In this document: piece by piece, positions 1 through 9,008 of the stretch | Layout: the number at the start of each line of letters is the position of its first letter | Position numbering within the stretch: position 1 is the first letter of the stretch | From: an uncultured Pseudomonadota bacterium | Lineage (GTDB): Bacteria; Oederibacteriota; Muellerivitia; Muellerivitales; Muellerivitaceae | Direction: 5' to 3' | Assembly (NCBI GenBank): GCA_963843375.1 | Contig: CAWJKT010000004.1 | Coordinates: 480,001-544,000, forward strand | Length of the DNA stretch: 64,000 bases | The notes under the pieces: generated by a model | Told to the model about the DNA's origin: nothing | Databases searched by the model: none | The model's input: only the letters and a program-made list of their open reading frames with translations | Position numbers and translations under genes: made by a program

Positions 1-439
1 CGTCCATCCACGACGCGGTCTCCTCGACCAGGGCGTCGCCCACGGCCGCCCCGATGCGCGGCGAGCCCGTCGATCACGGCCTCGCGGACCCGGAAGCGCA
101 GGTCGTCGGCGCAGCGCGTGAAGCTCGGCGACGAACGCGGCGCGGACCGCCGCGTCGGCCGTGGCGCGCGCGGCCAGCGCCAGCACGCCGCACGACGGGC
201 AGGAACTCGAGCGCCGTCGCCCCGGGCGCCTCGTCGGCCGAGAGGTGCGCCATCGCGAGCGCCAGCGCGTCGGCCCGAGCGCCTCGCGAGCGACACGCCT
301 GCGCGAAGGCGTCGGCGAGGGCGCGTTGGCGCGAGGACCGGGAAGGCGCGAGCCGCGCGATAGGAGATCGAAGAGCGGCGCTCGTCGGCCGGCCGATGGC
401 CTCGTCGAGCGCGCGCGCGAGAGCGGACGGCCGAGGCAT
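1..439 (-). CDS. hypothetical protein (partial, runs off the window, frameshifted)
   Basis: ATG at 439 opens the protein-like stretch MPRPSALARALDEAIG...ADALALAMAHLSADEAPGATALEFLPV; divergent from NDH-2. Confidence 0.4.
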
Positions 440-479
440 CGGAGTAGGCGCGACGCGGTACGCGCCGGCGGGCGCCCTG

Positions 480-1845
480 ATGGGCAGCACGCGCTTGCCA
501 CGAGCCGAGGGGCATCGGATCGCCAGCGCCGACCGCGCGTCGTGATCATCGGCGCAGGCTTCGGAGGTCTCGCGGCGGCGAAGGCGCTCAGGCGAGCCCC
601 GGTGGATGTGGTGGTCGTCGACCGCGAGAACTACCACCTCTTTCAGCCGCTCGTTTACCAGGTGGCGATGGCCGAGCTGGCGGGGACCGACGTGCTCGGC
701 ATCGATCCGGGCCGTCCTCGCGTCGCAGCAGAACACGCGCGTGCTCCTGGGCGAGGTGACGCGGCATCGACCTCGAGCGGCGGCACGATCACCACCCAGG
801 ACGGCCCGCTCGACTACGACTACCTCATCGTCGCCGGCGGCGCGCGCCCCAACTACTTCGGCAAGGACGAGTGGGAGCCGACTCGCGCCGAGCCCCAAGG
901 GCCTCGATGCCGCGCTCGAGATCCGGCGGCGCGTCCTCTTCGCCTTCGAGGAGGCCGAGGCGCTCGAGAACGACTCGCCCTCCGGCGGCGGCTGCTCGAG
1001 TTCGTGATCGTCGGCGGCGGCCCCACCGGCGTCGAGTTCGCCGGGGGCGCTCGCCGAGCTCGTCGCGGCGCGGACTGGCGCGCGACTTCCGCCGCATCGA
1101 TCCCGCGCATGGCCAAGGTGCACATCGTCGAGGGGGGACCGCTCCTCCTGCCGGGCTTCCCCGGACGATCTCGCGCCGAGGCGGCCGAAGCAGCTCGCCG
1201 AGCCTCGGCGTCATCATCCACACGGGCCAGCGGGTCACCGAGCTCGACGCCAACGGCGTGACGCTGTCGAACGGCGACCGCCTCGACGCTGCGACGGTCA
1301 TCTGGGCGGCGGGCGTCAGGACCGTCGCGCTGGCCGAGATGCTGCCCGGCCGCCCAAGATCGCGACGGTCGGGTCACCGTGCAGCGCGACCTCTCCATTC
1401 CGGAGCACGCCGAGGTCGTTCGTCATCGGCGACATGGCCCGTTTCGAACAGGACGGCAAGCCGCTGCCCGGCCTGAGCCCGGTGGCGATGCAGCAGGGTC
1501 GGGCCGTGGCGCGGTCGATCGTCCGCACCGTGCGGGGCGAGCCGCGCGAGTCGTTCCGCTACTTCGACAAGGGAATGCTGGCGACGATCGGCCGCTCGCG
1601 CGCCGTCGGGCGTCGTGTGGCGCGTGCACTTCAGCGGCTTCATCGCCTGGGCCCTCTGGGCGATCGTGCACATCTTCTACCTGATCGGCTTTCGAAACCG
1701 CGTCTTCGTCGCGCTCCAGTGGCTCTGGAGCTACGTCACCCAGAACCACGCGGCGCGGATCATCACCGGCCTGCAGCACCCGCTGCCGAGCCTTCAGCAG
1801 CGCCTCCAGGCGTCCGATCCAACTCCGCGCGCGCTCTCGTCCTGA
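480..1845 (+). CDS. ndh: type II NADH dehydrogenase / NAD(P)/FAD oxidoreductase (multiple frameshifts)
   Basis: VVIIGAGFGGL, DRENYHLFQPLVYQVA, IVGGGPTGVEFAG, VAMQQG, FRYFDKGMLATIGR and AWALWAIVHIFYLIGFRNR spread over several frames. Confidence 0.9.
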
Positions 1846-2261
1846 GGGCCATCGTTGCCGCGGTCCTCCCCGGCCGCTCGGAGTCGCGCGAGGGCGGCGT
1901 CGATGTCGAGCGAGACCTCCGCCGTCACGCCCGCTTCCTGGAAGACGCGCGCGAGGCGCACGACGCGCGCGCTGGCTTCGCGGCTCAGCTCTCCGAGCGT
2001 GACGCGCGACGCCGGTCGCACCGCGCGCCCGCCTCCGGCCCCGCTCGCGATGGCCACGACGAACGAGTCGCGACCCCGCTGCGCTCCGGCGCTCGCGATG
2101 GCCGCCTCCGCCTGGGGTCCGTCGACCGCCACCACGACGACGTCGACCGGCATCATGCCGGCCGCGTCGCTCGGCGCGAGCACGACGTCGTGCCCTGCCT
2201 GCACGAGCGGCCCGCTGAGAGACGTCCCGATGGGCTCCGCGCCGAGGATCGCGATCCGCAT
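1794..2261 (-). CDS. short Rossmann-fold protein resembling the ketopantoate reductase (ApbA) N-terminal domain; possibly a remnant
   Basis: MRIAILGAEPIG...AGHDV and VTLGEL...VFQEAGVTAEVSLDI; no C-terminal domain. Confidence 0.5.
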   Translation of the reverse strand: MRIAILGAEPIGTSLSGPLVQAGHDVVLAPSDAAGMMPVDVVVVAVDGPQAEAAIASAGAQRGRDSFVVAIASGAGGGRAVRPASRVTLGELSREASARVVRLARVFQEAGVTAEVSLDIDAALARLRAAGEDRGNDGPQDESARGVGSDAWRRC

Positions 2262-2368
2262 GGCTTGACTCCCGCTCGCGCGAGGCGCACGCAAACGGAG
2301 CGCCCGCGCGCGCCGACCGGCCGCACCGGCTGGACCGGACGCGCACGGACGAGCCCTTCGGAGGCCGC

Positions 2369-3171
2369 ATGATCGAGCTGCTCCTTGCCGACGTGGACGG
2401 CACCCTCGTGACGCACGACAAAGAGCTGACGGAGCGGGCCCGGCAGGCCGTCTGCAAGCTGCACGAAGCGGGCATCGCCTTCGCCATCACCAGCGGAAGG
2501 CCGCCGCGCGGGATGAGCATGCTCGTCGAGCCGCTCGCGATCGCGACGCCCATCGCGGGCTTCAACGGGGGGATGTTCGTCCGCCCCGACATGTCCCCGA
2601 TCGAGGTCAAGGCGCTGCCCGCCGAGATCGTCCCGCAGGTCGTGAGCTTGATCTGAAGCGAGGCGCCTCGACGCGTGGATCTACCAGGGCAACGAGTGGT
2701 TCGTGCGCAAGGTCGACGCGCCCCACGTCGCGCGCGAGCAGTGGACCGTGCGCTTCGCCCCGACCGTCGCCAAGGACCTGTCGCCCCTCACCGAGGGGGT
2801 GGTCAAGATCGTCGGCGTAGGCGACGATCTGCCGGCGGTCGAGGCGTGCGAGCGCGACCTCCGCGGGCGCTTCGGCGATCGCGTGTCGGCGGCCCGTTCG
2901 CAGCCGTACTACGTCGACGTGACCCACCCCGACGCGAACAAGGGCGACGTCGTGCGCTACCTGTCGCAGAAGCTCGGCATCCCTGCCGAGAAGATCGCGA
3001 CGATCGGAGACATGCCCAACGACGTCCTCATGTTCGCGCGGAGCGGTCTGAGCGTCGCGATGGGCAACGCCAGTCCCGACGTGCAGAGGGCGGCCCGTCG
3101 GGTCACCGAGCTCCAACGACGAAGAGGGGTTCGCCAACGCGGTCGAGCGCTTCGTGCTCGGCAAAGGCTGA
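2369..3171 (+). CDS. Cof-type HAD-IIB hydrolase (frameshifted)
   Basis: DVDGTLV (motif I), TSGRP, ANKG, IGDMPND, AMGNA. Confidence 0.9.
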
Positions 3172-3237
3172 GACTCGTGCCGGCGACGACGACGTCGAGC
3201 ACGCCCCGTGCAGCACGCGAGTCCCGGAGGCGACGTC

Positions 3238-4626
3238 ATGCGTGAGAGCGATGTCCTCATCGTCGGCTGCGGTCAGGCGGCGAAGCCGCTCGCGACGCGA
3301 CTCGCCAAGGCGGGGCGGCGCGTCGTGCTCTTCGAAGCGGTCGCCCTCGGCGGGACCTGCATCAACACCGGGTGCACGCCGACCAAGACGATGATCGCGA
3401 GCGCCCGCGCCGCGCACGTCGCGCGGACGGCCGCTCGCCTCGGCGTGCGCGTGCGCGCGGTCGAGGTCGACTTCGCTGAGGTCGTCGACCGCAAGGACGC
3501 CATCGTCGCGCGGTGGCGACTCGAGCATCGGGGCCGCGCTCGCGGCCGCGGGCGAGCGCTTGCGCGTCGTGCCGCGAGCATGCGCGGTTCGTCGACGAGC
3601 GGACGCTCGAGGCCGGCGGCGAGCGATACCGCGCGCCCGTCATCGTCCTCGACGTCGGCGCGCGCGCCGCCGCCCCTCCGCTGCGGGGCCTGGACAAGGT
3701 GCCGTGGCTCGACAACGGGGGCCTCATGGCCCTGCGCCGGGTGCCCGAGCATCTGGTCATCGTCGGCGGCGGATACATCGGCTGCGAGATGGGGCAGATG
3801 TTCCGGCGCTTCGGCGCCGCGCGTGACCGTGGTGCCACTCGGGCGAGCACCTCTTGAGCCGAGAGGACGCGGACGTCGCGGCGCCGCTCGAGGGCGTGCT
3901 TCGCCGCCGAGGGGATCGAGCTGCGCGCTGCGGTGCTCGGGCACGGAGGCGGCGCCCGACGGCGCCGGCGTCGGCTCTCCGGCACTCCGACGGCCGCACG
4001 ATCACGGGGTCGCACTTGCTCGTCGCGCTCGGTCGTCGCGCCAACACCGACGCGCTTGGCTGCGAGGCGGGCGGCGTGCGGCTCGACCCGCGCGGCAACA
4101 TCGTGGCCGACGAGTTCTACGCGACGAGCGCGCCCGGCGTGTACGCGGTGGGCGACGTGCTCGGCGGCCCGCAGTTCACCCACACGTCGTGGGACGACCA
4201 CCGTCGCCTCTTCGACATCCTCATGAAGCCCGAGCCCCCCGCCAGCGCCCGGAGCGCGCGGCTCGTCCCGTACTCCGTCTTCACCGACCCGCAGGTGGCC
4301 GCGGTGGGTCTCAACGAAAGGTCGGCCAAGGGCCGGGGCATCCCCTACCAGGTGGCCGACCATGCCGATCGGCCGACGTGGCGCGGGCCTTCGAGGTCGA
4401 CGAGAAGGCCGGTCTGATGAAGGTCCTGGTCGATCCGAGCGCCGACCGCATCCTCGGCGCGTCGATCGTCGGCGCCGAGGCCGGCGAGCTGATTCACGTC
4501 TTCATCTCGCTGATGCAGGCCGGCGCCAGCCCGCGCGCGATCGTCGACGCCGAGTTCGTTCACCCGACCTTCAGCGAGGGGCTGCAGACGCTCGTCATGA
4601 AGCTGCCACGGTACGCGCTCAGCTGA
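3238..4626 (+). CDS. FAD-dependent pyridine nucleotide-disulfide oxidoreductase (MerA/RclA-like; frameshifted)
   Basis: GGTCINTGCTPTK redox disulfide, VIVGGGYIGCE, GDVLGGPQFTH, HPTFSE; no C-terminal CC pair. Confidence 0.85.
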   Translation: MRESDVLIVGCGQAAKPLATRLAKAGRRVVLFEAVALGGTCINTGCTPTKTMIASARAAHVARTAARLGVRVRAVEVDFAEVVDRKDAIVARWRLEHRGRARGRGRALARRAASMRGSSTSGRSRPAASDTARPSSSSTSARAPPPLRCGAWTRCRGSTTGASWPCAGCPSIWSSSAADTSAARWGRCSGASAPRVTVVPLGRAPLEPRGRGRRGAARGRASPPRGSSCALRCSGTEAAPDGAGVGSPALRRPHDHGVALARRARSSRQHRRAWLRGGRRAARPARQHRGRRVLRDERARRVRGGRRARRPAVHPHVVGRPPSPLRHPHEARAPRQRPERAARPVLRLHRPAGGRGGSQRKVGQGPGHPLPGGRPCRSADVARAFEVDEKAGLMKVLVDPSADRILGASIVGAEAGELIHVFISLMQAGASPRAIVDAEFVHPTFSEGLQTLVMKLPRYALS

Positions 4627-4660
4627 GCGCCGCAGGCTGCGCCTGCAGCGGCGCCGACGA

Positions 4661-4890
4661 CTAGCCCCGCGAGGTCGCGGCGCGGAGCTGCTTGCGCAGG
4701 TCGTCGGCGGTGAAGGGGTTCTGCAGGAACCCCGCGAGGCCCTTCCCGGCAAAGCGCGCGACCGCGTCGCCCTGGTCGAATCCGCTCATCAGGACGATCG
4801 GGAGGCCCGGACGGAGCGAGCCGATCTCGTGGAACGCCGTCTCGCCATCCATGTTCGGCATCGTCAGGTCGAGCAGGACGCCGACGAGCG
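4661..4890 (-). pseudogene. response-regulator receiver domain fragment
   Basis: VLLDLTMPNMDG...IVLMSGF...FLQNPF; the N-terminal part of the REC domain is missing. Confidence 0.6.
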
Positions 4891-5060
4891 GCTACCCCGC
4901 GCGCTTTCGAGAAACGCACACGGATGCCCGGAGCCCAGCTCATCCCATCGGTCGGTGCCGAGAGCTCCGACCGCGACGGGACGATCGGACCTCGGCACAC
5001 ATCGGCACGTTAGCGTCGGCAAATGCCTGCGATTTCCGCGTCGTCTCTCGCGCAGCGGCC

Positions 5061-5076
5061 TGGCACACGAGGTGCT
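5061..5076 (+). promoter_or_regulatory. possible sigma-54 promoter
   Basis: TGGCAC-ACGAG-GTGCT has GG-N10-GC spacing, upstream of the ORF at 5089. Confidence 0.3.
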
Positions 5077-5088
5077 CGGGTGGGGTCA

Positions 5089-5583
5089 ATGCGCGACCGA
5101 TGGTCGTCTGCCCTCGGGCAGGAACTCCTCGTCTTCCTTTCGGTGCCGGCGGGATGCAGCGACGCCGGGCCTCCGCTCGCAGGAGATCGACACGACGGGG
5201 CGCTCGTCGGCGACCAGCTCTGGCTCACCGCTGGTTACGCCGCGGCGACGCTGTATGCGGGGACTCCGGGCGCTTCCTTTCGCGCCGTGGGGACGCTGTG
5301 CAACTTCGCGTCGATCGCGACCGATTCGTGCGGCCGGCTCGTGCAGCTGGGGACGATGGGCGACACGGCGGCCGGCGTCGCACTCGGGTTCTTCGCCCGG
5401 CCCATCGGCTGGGCGAGTCCGTCGGTGCCGTTCGGTGGCGTCACCGGGAGCGCCATCGCGGGGGCCGCGTCGACGTTCGGCCTGCTCTGGTACGCCCGGG
5501 TCGGCCCGGGCGTTCCGGAGTTCCTCGACGCGCAGACGCCCGGGTCGCTCTCGTTCACGACGCTGTCGTGGGGCTCGCCCTGA
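5089..5583 (+). CDS. hypothetical protein (possible lipoprotein)
   Basis: ORF with LVFLSVPAGC and protein-like composition. Confidence 0.4.
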   Translation: MRDRWSSALGQELLVFLSVPAGCSDAGPPLAGDRHDGALVGDQLWLTAGYAAATLYAGTPGASFRAVGTLCNFASIATDSCGRLVQLGTMGDTAAGVALGFFARPIGWASPSVPFGGVTGSAIAGAASTFGLLWYARVGPGVPEFLDAQTPGSLSFTTLSWGSP

Positions 5584-5585
5584 CG

Positions 5586-6169
5586 TCACCACTTCTGCAG
5601 CGCGCAGCCGAGCGTCTTGGCTTGGCGACGCGCGGGTCGCGCCCGGCGAGGAGATCGTCGAGCGCGTCTCTCAAATAGGGCGTCGCGTCGTCGTGAAGAT
5701 GGTCCTTGTCGCTGTCGATGCCGCCGCGGTAGTGAAGGCGCGCCGCGGCGTCCACGACGACGGCGTACGCCGCGTACTCGGCGCCCAGGGCGTCGGCCAA
5801 CTTGGCGCCGCGATCGACGAGGATGGGGAAGGTGTAGCCGCGACGGCTAGCTTCCTCGGCGTCGCGCTCGAGCGAAGCTGCGAACCTCGGAGTCGACCAT
5901 GAAGAACTGGACGCCGCGCGACTCGGAACGTCGCGTCGAGGGCGCGCAGGCGAGCCTCGTGCTGCCTGAGGCAATGGCAGTCCGGTGAGAAGAACACGAG
6001 CACCGTGAGCGTCGCGTCACTGGCGAGCGCCCTGGCATCGAGCGTGCCGCCCTCGCGACAGGGCCGACGCGGGCACGAACGAAACGGCGCCTGCGTGCGG
6101 TCGCGCACGACGCGGTCGTCGCGACGACGACCAGCGAGAGGCGGGCCGCGGCCGCGCGGTCAGGACCAT
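5586..6169 (-). CDS. redoxin / thioredoxin-fold (AhpC/TSA-like) protein (frameshifted)
   Basis: TVLVFFSPDCHCL, YTFPILVDRGAKLADALGA, YRGGID, LRDALDDLLAG, C-terminal GC. Confidence 0.8.
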
Positions 6170-7098
6170 GAGCGGATGACCGTGAGCGTGAGCCCACCCC
6201 GATGCGGGCTGATTGCTCCCGAGTTCGCGCGACGGGTGGCTCCAGGAACAGCCCGCCGAGCAGCGCGCCAAGCGTCCGTCACGGGGTAGAGCCCGGAGAG
6301 CGTGAACGTCGTGAGCCGCTTGGCACTTTCGGGGACGCTGGTGCCCCCCAGGCCGTCGCGTCGCCCTCGAATGCGTACGAGGCGGACAGCGCGAGCGCGG
6401 CGTCGTCGGCAGCGTGTACGCCGCCGCCGCGAGCAGCGTCAGCTGCGGCGCCAGCGTCTCTCCGTAGCGCGGCGTGCGCACGGCGAGCGATGCGCGGTCG
6501 CATTGACGAGCCAAGGCCCGTAGACTTGCTCCAGCGCGAGCGCGCCGTTGATTTGCCAAGCGCCGAGGCCCGTCGCGTCGACCTCGAGGGGCTGGGTGGA
6601 CTGACTCCGGGGCGGTCCCCGTGGGCGCCGTCACCCCGGCGAGGAGCGCGATGCCCGGGCACGTAAAGCGACTCGCCCGCCCGATGAAGTCGTAGCGCCC
6701 GCTCGCGTTGATGTCTCCGATGCCCCCGCCGAAGTGTGTCCACCGACTGCGGGCGTACTGCGCGGCGCGTCTCGTCGAACGGCACGAGCAGCGCGACCTG
6801 GCCGCGCGTGAGGAAGCGCGACCGCGGCGAAGAGATCTTCCTCGAAATCGAACTCCGTGGTCCCCGCGAGGCGACGCGCAGGTGCCGCCCGCCGGGGTCG
6901 AAGGCATCGGCGCGCTGCAGCTCGGAGTCCACGCCGGCGAGCGCATCCTCGTGCATCTCCAGGCGCGCGGGCGTGACGGCGCTCCCGCCCGCGCAGCACG
7001 CCTGAGCCTGCGCGCGCGACGACGAGGTGCCCGCGGCGGCAAGTGCCGCGAGAGCGAGACGGCGACGCTACGGAATTTCGAAACTGCGGGCGCCACAT
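6160..7098 (-). CDS. putative outer-membrane transporter-like protein with N-terminal CC motif (frameshifted)
   Basis: signal-like region then AQACCAGGSAVTPARL; GGGIGDINASGRYDF and GVTAPTG; end overlaps the redoxin start. Confidence 0.6.
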
Positions 7099-7569
7099 GG
7101 TCGCTCGACGGGACCGGAGATGGTGGTTTTTAGCTCCCAGAGCCCCGCCATGAAGAGATCGAGGTCGGTGACGAGGTACTTGCCGCTGCCTTCGCGGGGC
7201 GGCGGTCGCCATGATGGCGCCATGGTTCATCGCGGGCATCCACGGGCGGATCTGGAGGGTCAGTCCGTCGCGCGGCGCTCCGCTCGCCGCGTCGGTGACG
7301 GTCAGCTCGGCGTCGATTCCGCCGCGGGCGGGCGGCTGCGGTGAAGTCCGCACCTCGACGCGCAGCGTTCCCGAGTCGGTCATGAGCGTGCTCAGGGGGG
7401 CCGACGGGAACTCCGCGCTCGGGCCCGTCCCGCTGGAGCATCCGAGCGCGGCCGCGAGGCAGGTGGCGGCGACGGCGGCGCGGGCGGCCATCGCCCGCTT
7501 CGTGCTCTGGCCGCTCGCAGGCCGACGCCATCCCGGAAAGCGCGACGCGGGCCGGTTCGAACGAGTCAT
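7068..7569 (-). CDS. YtkA/FixH-like lipoprotein
   Basis: lipobox ALGC; PWMPAMNHG motif; one frameshift near 7200. Confidence 0.7.
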
Positions 7570-7634
7570 GTGCGCTTCTCCATCTTTCTGCCGGTCGTCG
7601 CGGCGCGGGCATGAAGTGGGCGTCTTGCGCCGGT

Positions 7635-9008
7635 TCATAGCATGAAGGCGACGGCCAGCTGCGCGCCATAGAGCTCATCGCGCGCGCTGCCTGGCCCGAA
7701 CGTCGTACCGCTCGGAGGGGTGAACGCAAAGGAATAGAGCTCGTAGTCGACGGCGAAGCGCGGCTCAATCGCCCGGGCGAGCAGGAGGGCCGCGCCGAAC
7801 TCGGCGTCGAAGCCGCGCCCCTCGGGTGAGTAAAAGCGCGTCGAAATCGCGTCGTTGTCGACGATCGCGCGGTACCCGACCTCGCCCAGGAGCGAGTAGC
7901 GCCCGAAGGACACGCGCGTGTCGACCGCTGGGCGTACGGCCCTGTAGGTCACGTCCGGCAACTCGAGCCCCGGCGGCCCCACGGCGCGACGGGAAGTGAA
8001 ACTGTACTCGACGGACAGGCCCACGACGAGACGCGACCCCGGATGGATTCGAGCGCGAAACCCCGCGGAGGCCGACGACGGAAAGACGTCTGCCGCAGCA
8101 TCGCTCGAGTTATTCATCTCCGAATAGATGCGAACGTACTCGGCGAGGATCCCCACGTCGCCCCACGGCGCACCGGCGCGCGTCAGGGGAAAGAGCTGAG
8201 CGCGCACGCGGGCGCCGGGAGCCGGGAACAGCGTGTATCGACTGCCGTCAGGCTGGATTCCATTCCTGTACTCGAAGTGTCGGCCCACGACCTCGCCGGC
8301 CAGCGCGACGTCGAGGACGGATGCCGCGGCGATCTGCGCGGGGGTCTGCTGCGGTCGAACCGGCCCCCGGGCGACGTCCCCCACGGGGCTCCGCGGGACC
8401 GAGGCAAGCGAAGGAACGGGGACCGCCGTCGCGGGGGCCGCCGGCGACGAGGGCGCGGAGCACTGCCGCCCCTGGCCGAGATCGCCGCCCGAGGCCACGG
8501 GCGGCGGCGGGGGCACGTCTTCGGTCCTCGGCGCCTGCTGCGCGTAGGGCTCGAGGCTCGGCCCGAGCACGGCGGCGAGCGCGGCGACGTCGTCCTCGTG
8601 CGACGCGAAGGTCAGGGTCACCTCTTCGGCCGACGCGGGCATCTTCCATGCGGGGACGACCACCACCAGGGCCAGGCGCGCGCGCGGGTCTCGACGGACG
8701 CGAACCACGACCGCGGCGGCGACGCCCATGATCCGTGCGGCCCTGCGCACCCGGTCGACGACGGCCGGATCGAGGCTCCTTCCGAGGGGTCGATTCTGTC
8801 CTTCGCGCACGAGCTCCGCGTGGAAGGCCTTGTCGTCGGCCAGCTTGAATCCGTCAGGCAGGGCCTGGATCGCGGCGTCTCGCACCCGCTCCGCGTCCGG
8901 CCCTTCGACATAGAGGGCCATCGTGGCCGTCTGGGCGAGCGCCTCTCTCGAGCCGCCGAAGGCCCAGAGGAAGACCAGCAACGCGAGCGCCCACGGTTCG
9001 TGCTTCAC
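7635..9008 (-). CDS. secreted protein with Pro-rich linker and putative C-terminal beta-barrel
   Basis: GTG start overlaps the cusA stop (GTGA); signal peptide ending ALA; amphipathic strands ending LYGAQLAVAFML. Confidence 0.7.
   Translation of the reverse strand: MKHEPWALALLVFLWAFGGSREALAQTATMALYVEGPDAERVRDAAIQALPDGFKLADDKAFHAELVREGQNRPLGRSLDPAVVDRVRRAARIMGVAAAVVVRVRRDPRARLALVVVVPAWKMPASAEEVTLTFASHEDDVAALAAVLGPSLEPYAQQAPRTEDVPPPPPVASGGDLGQGRQCSAPSSPAAPATAVPVPSLASVPRSPVGDVARGPVRPQQTPAQIAAASVLDVALAGEVVGRHFEYRNGIQPDGSRYTLFPAPGARVRAQLFPLTRAGAPWGDVGILAEYVRIYSEMNNSSDAAADVFPSSASAGFRARIHPGSRLVVGLSVEYSFTSRRAVGPPGLELPDVTYRAVRPAVDTRVSFGRYSLLGEVGYRAIVDNDAISTRFYSPEGRGFDAEFGAALLLARAIEPRFAVDYELYSFAFTPPSGTTFGPGSARDELYGAQLAVAFML

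Noticed and set aside
3238..4626. merA / mercury resistance
   Set aside because: No C-terminal vicinal Cys pair and no mer operon genes
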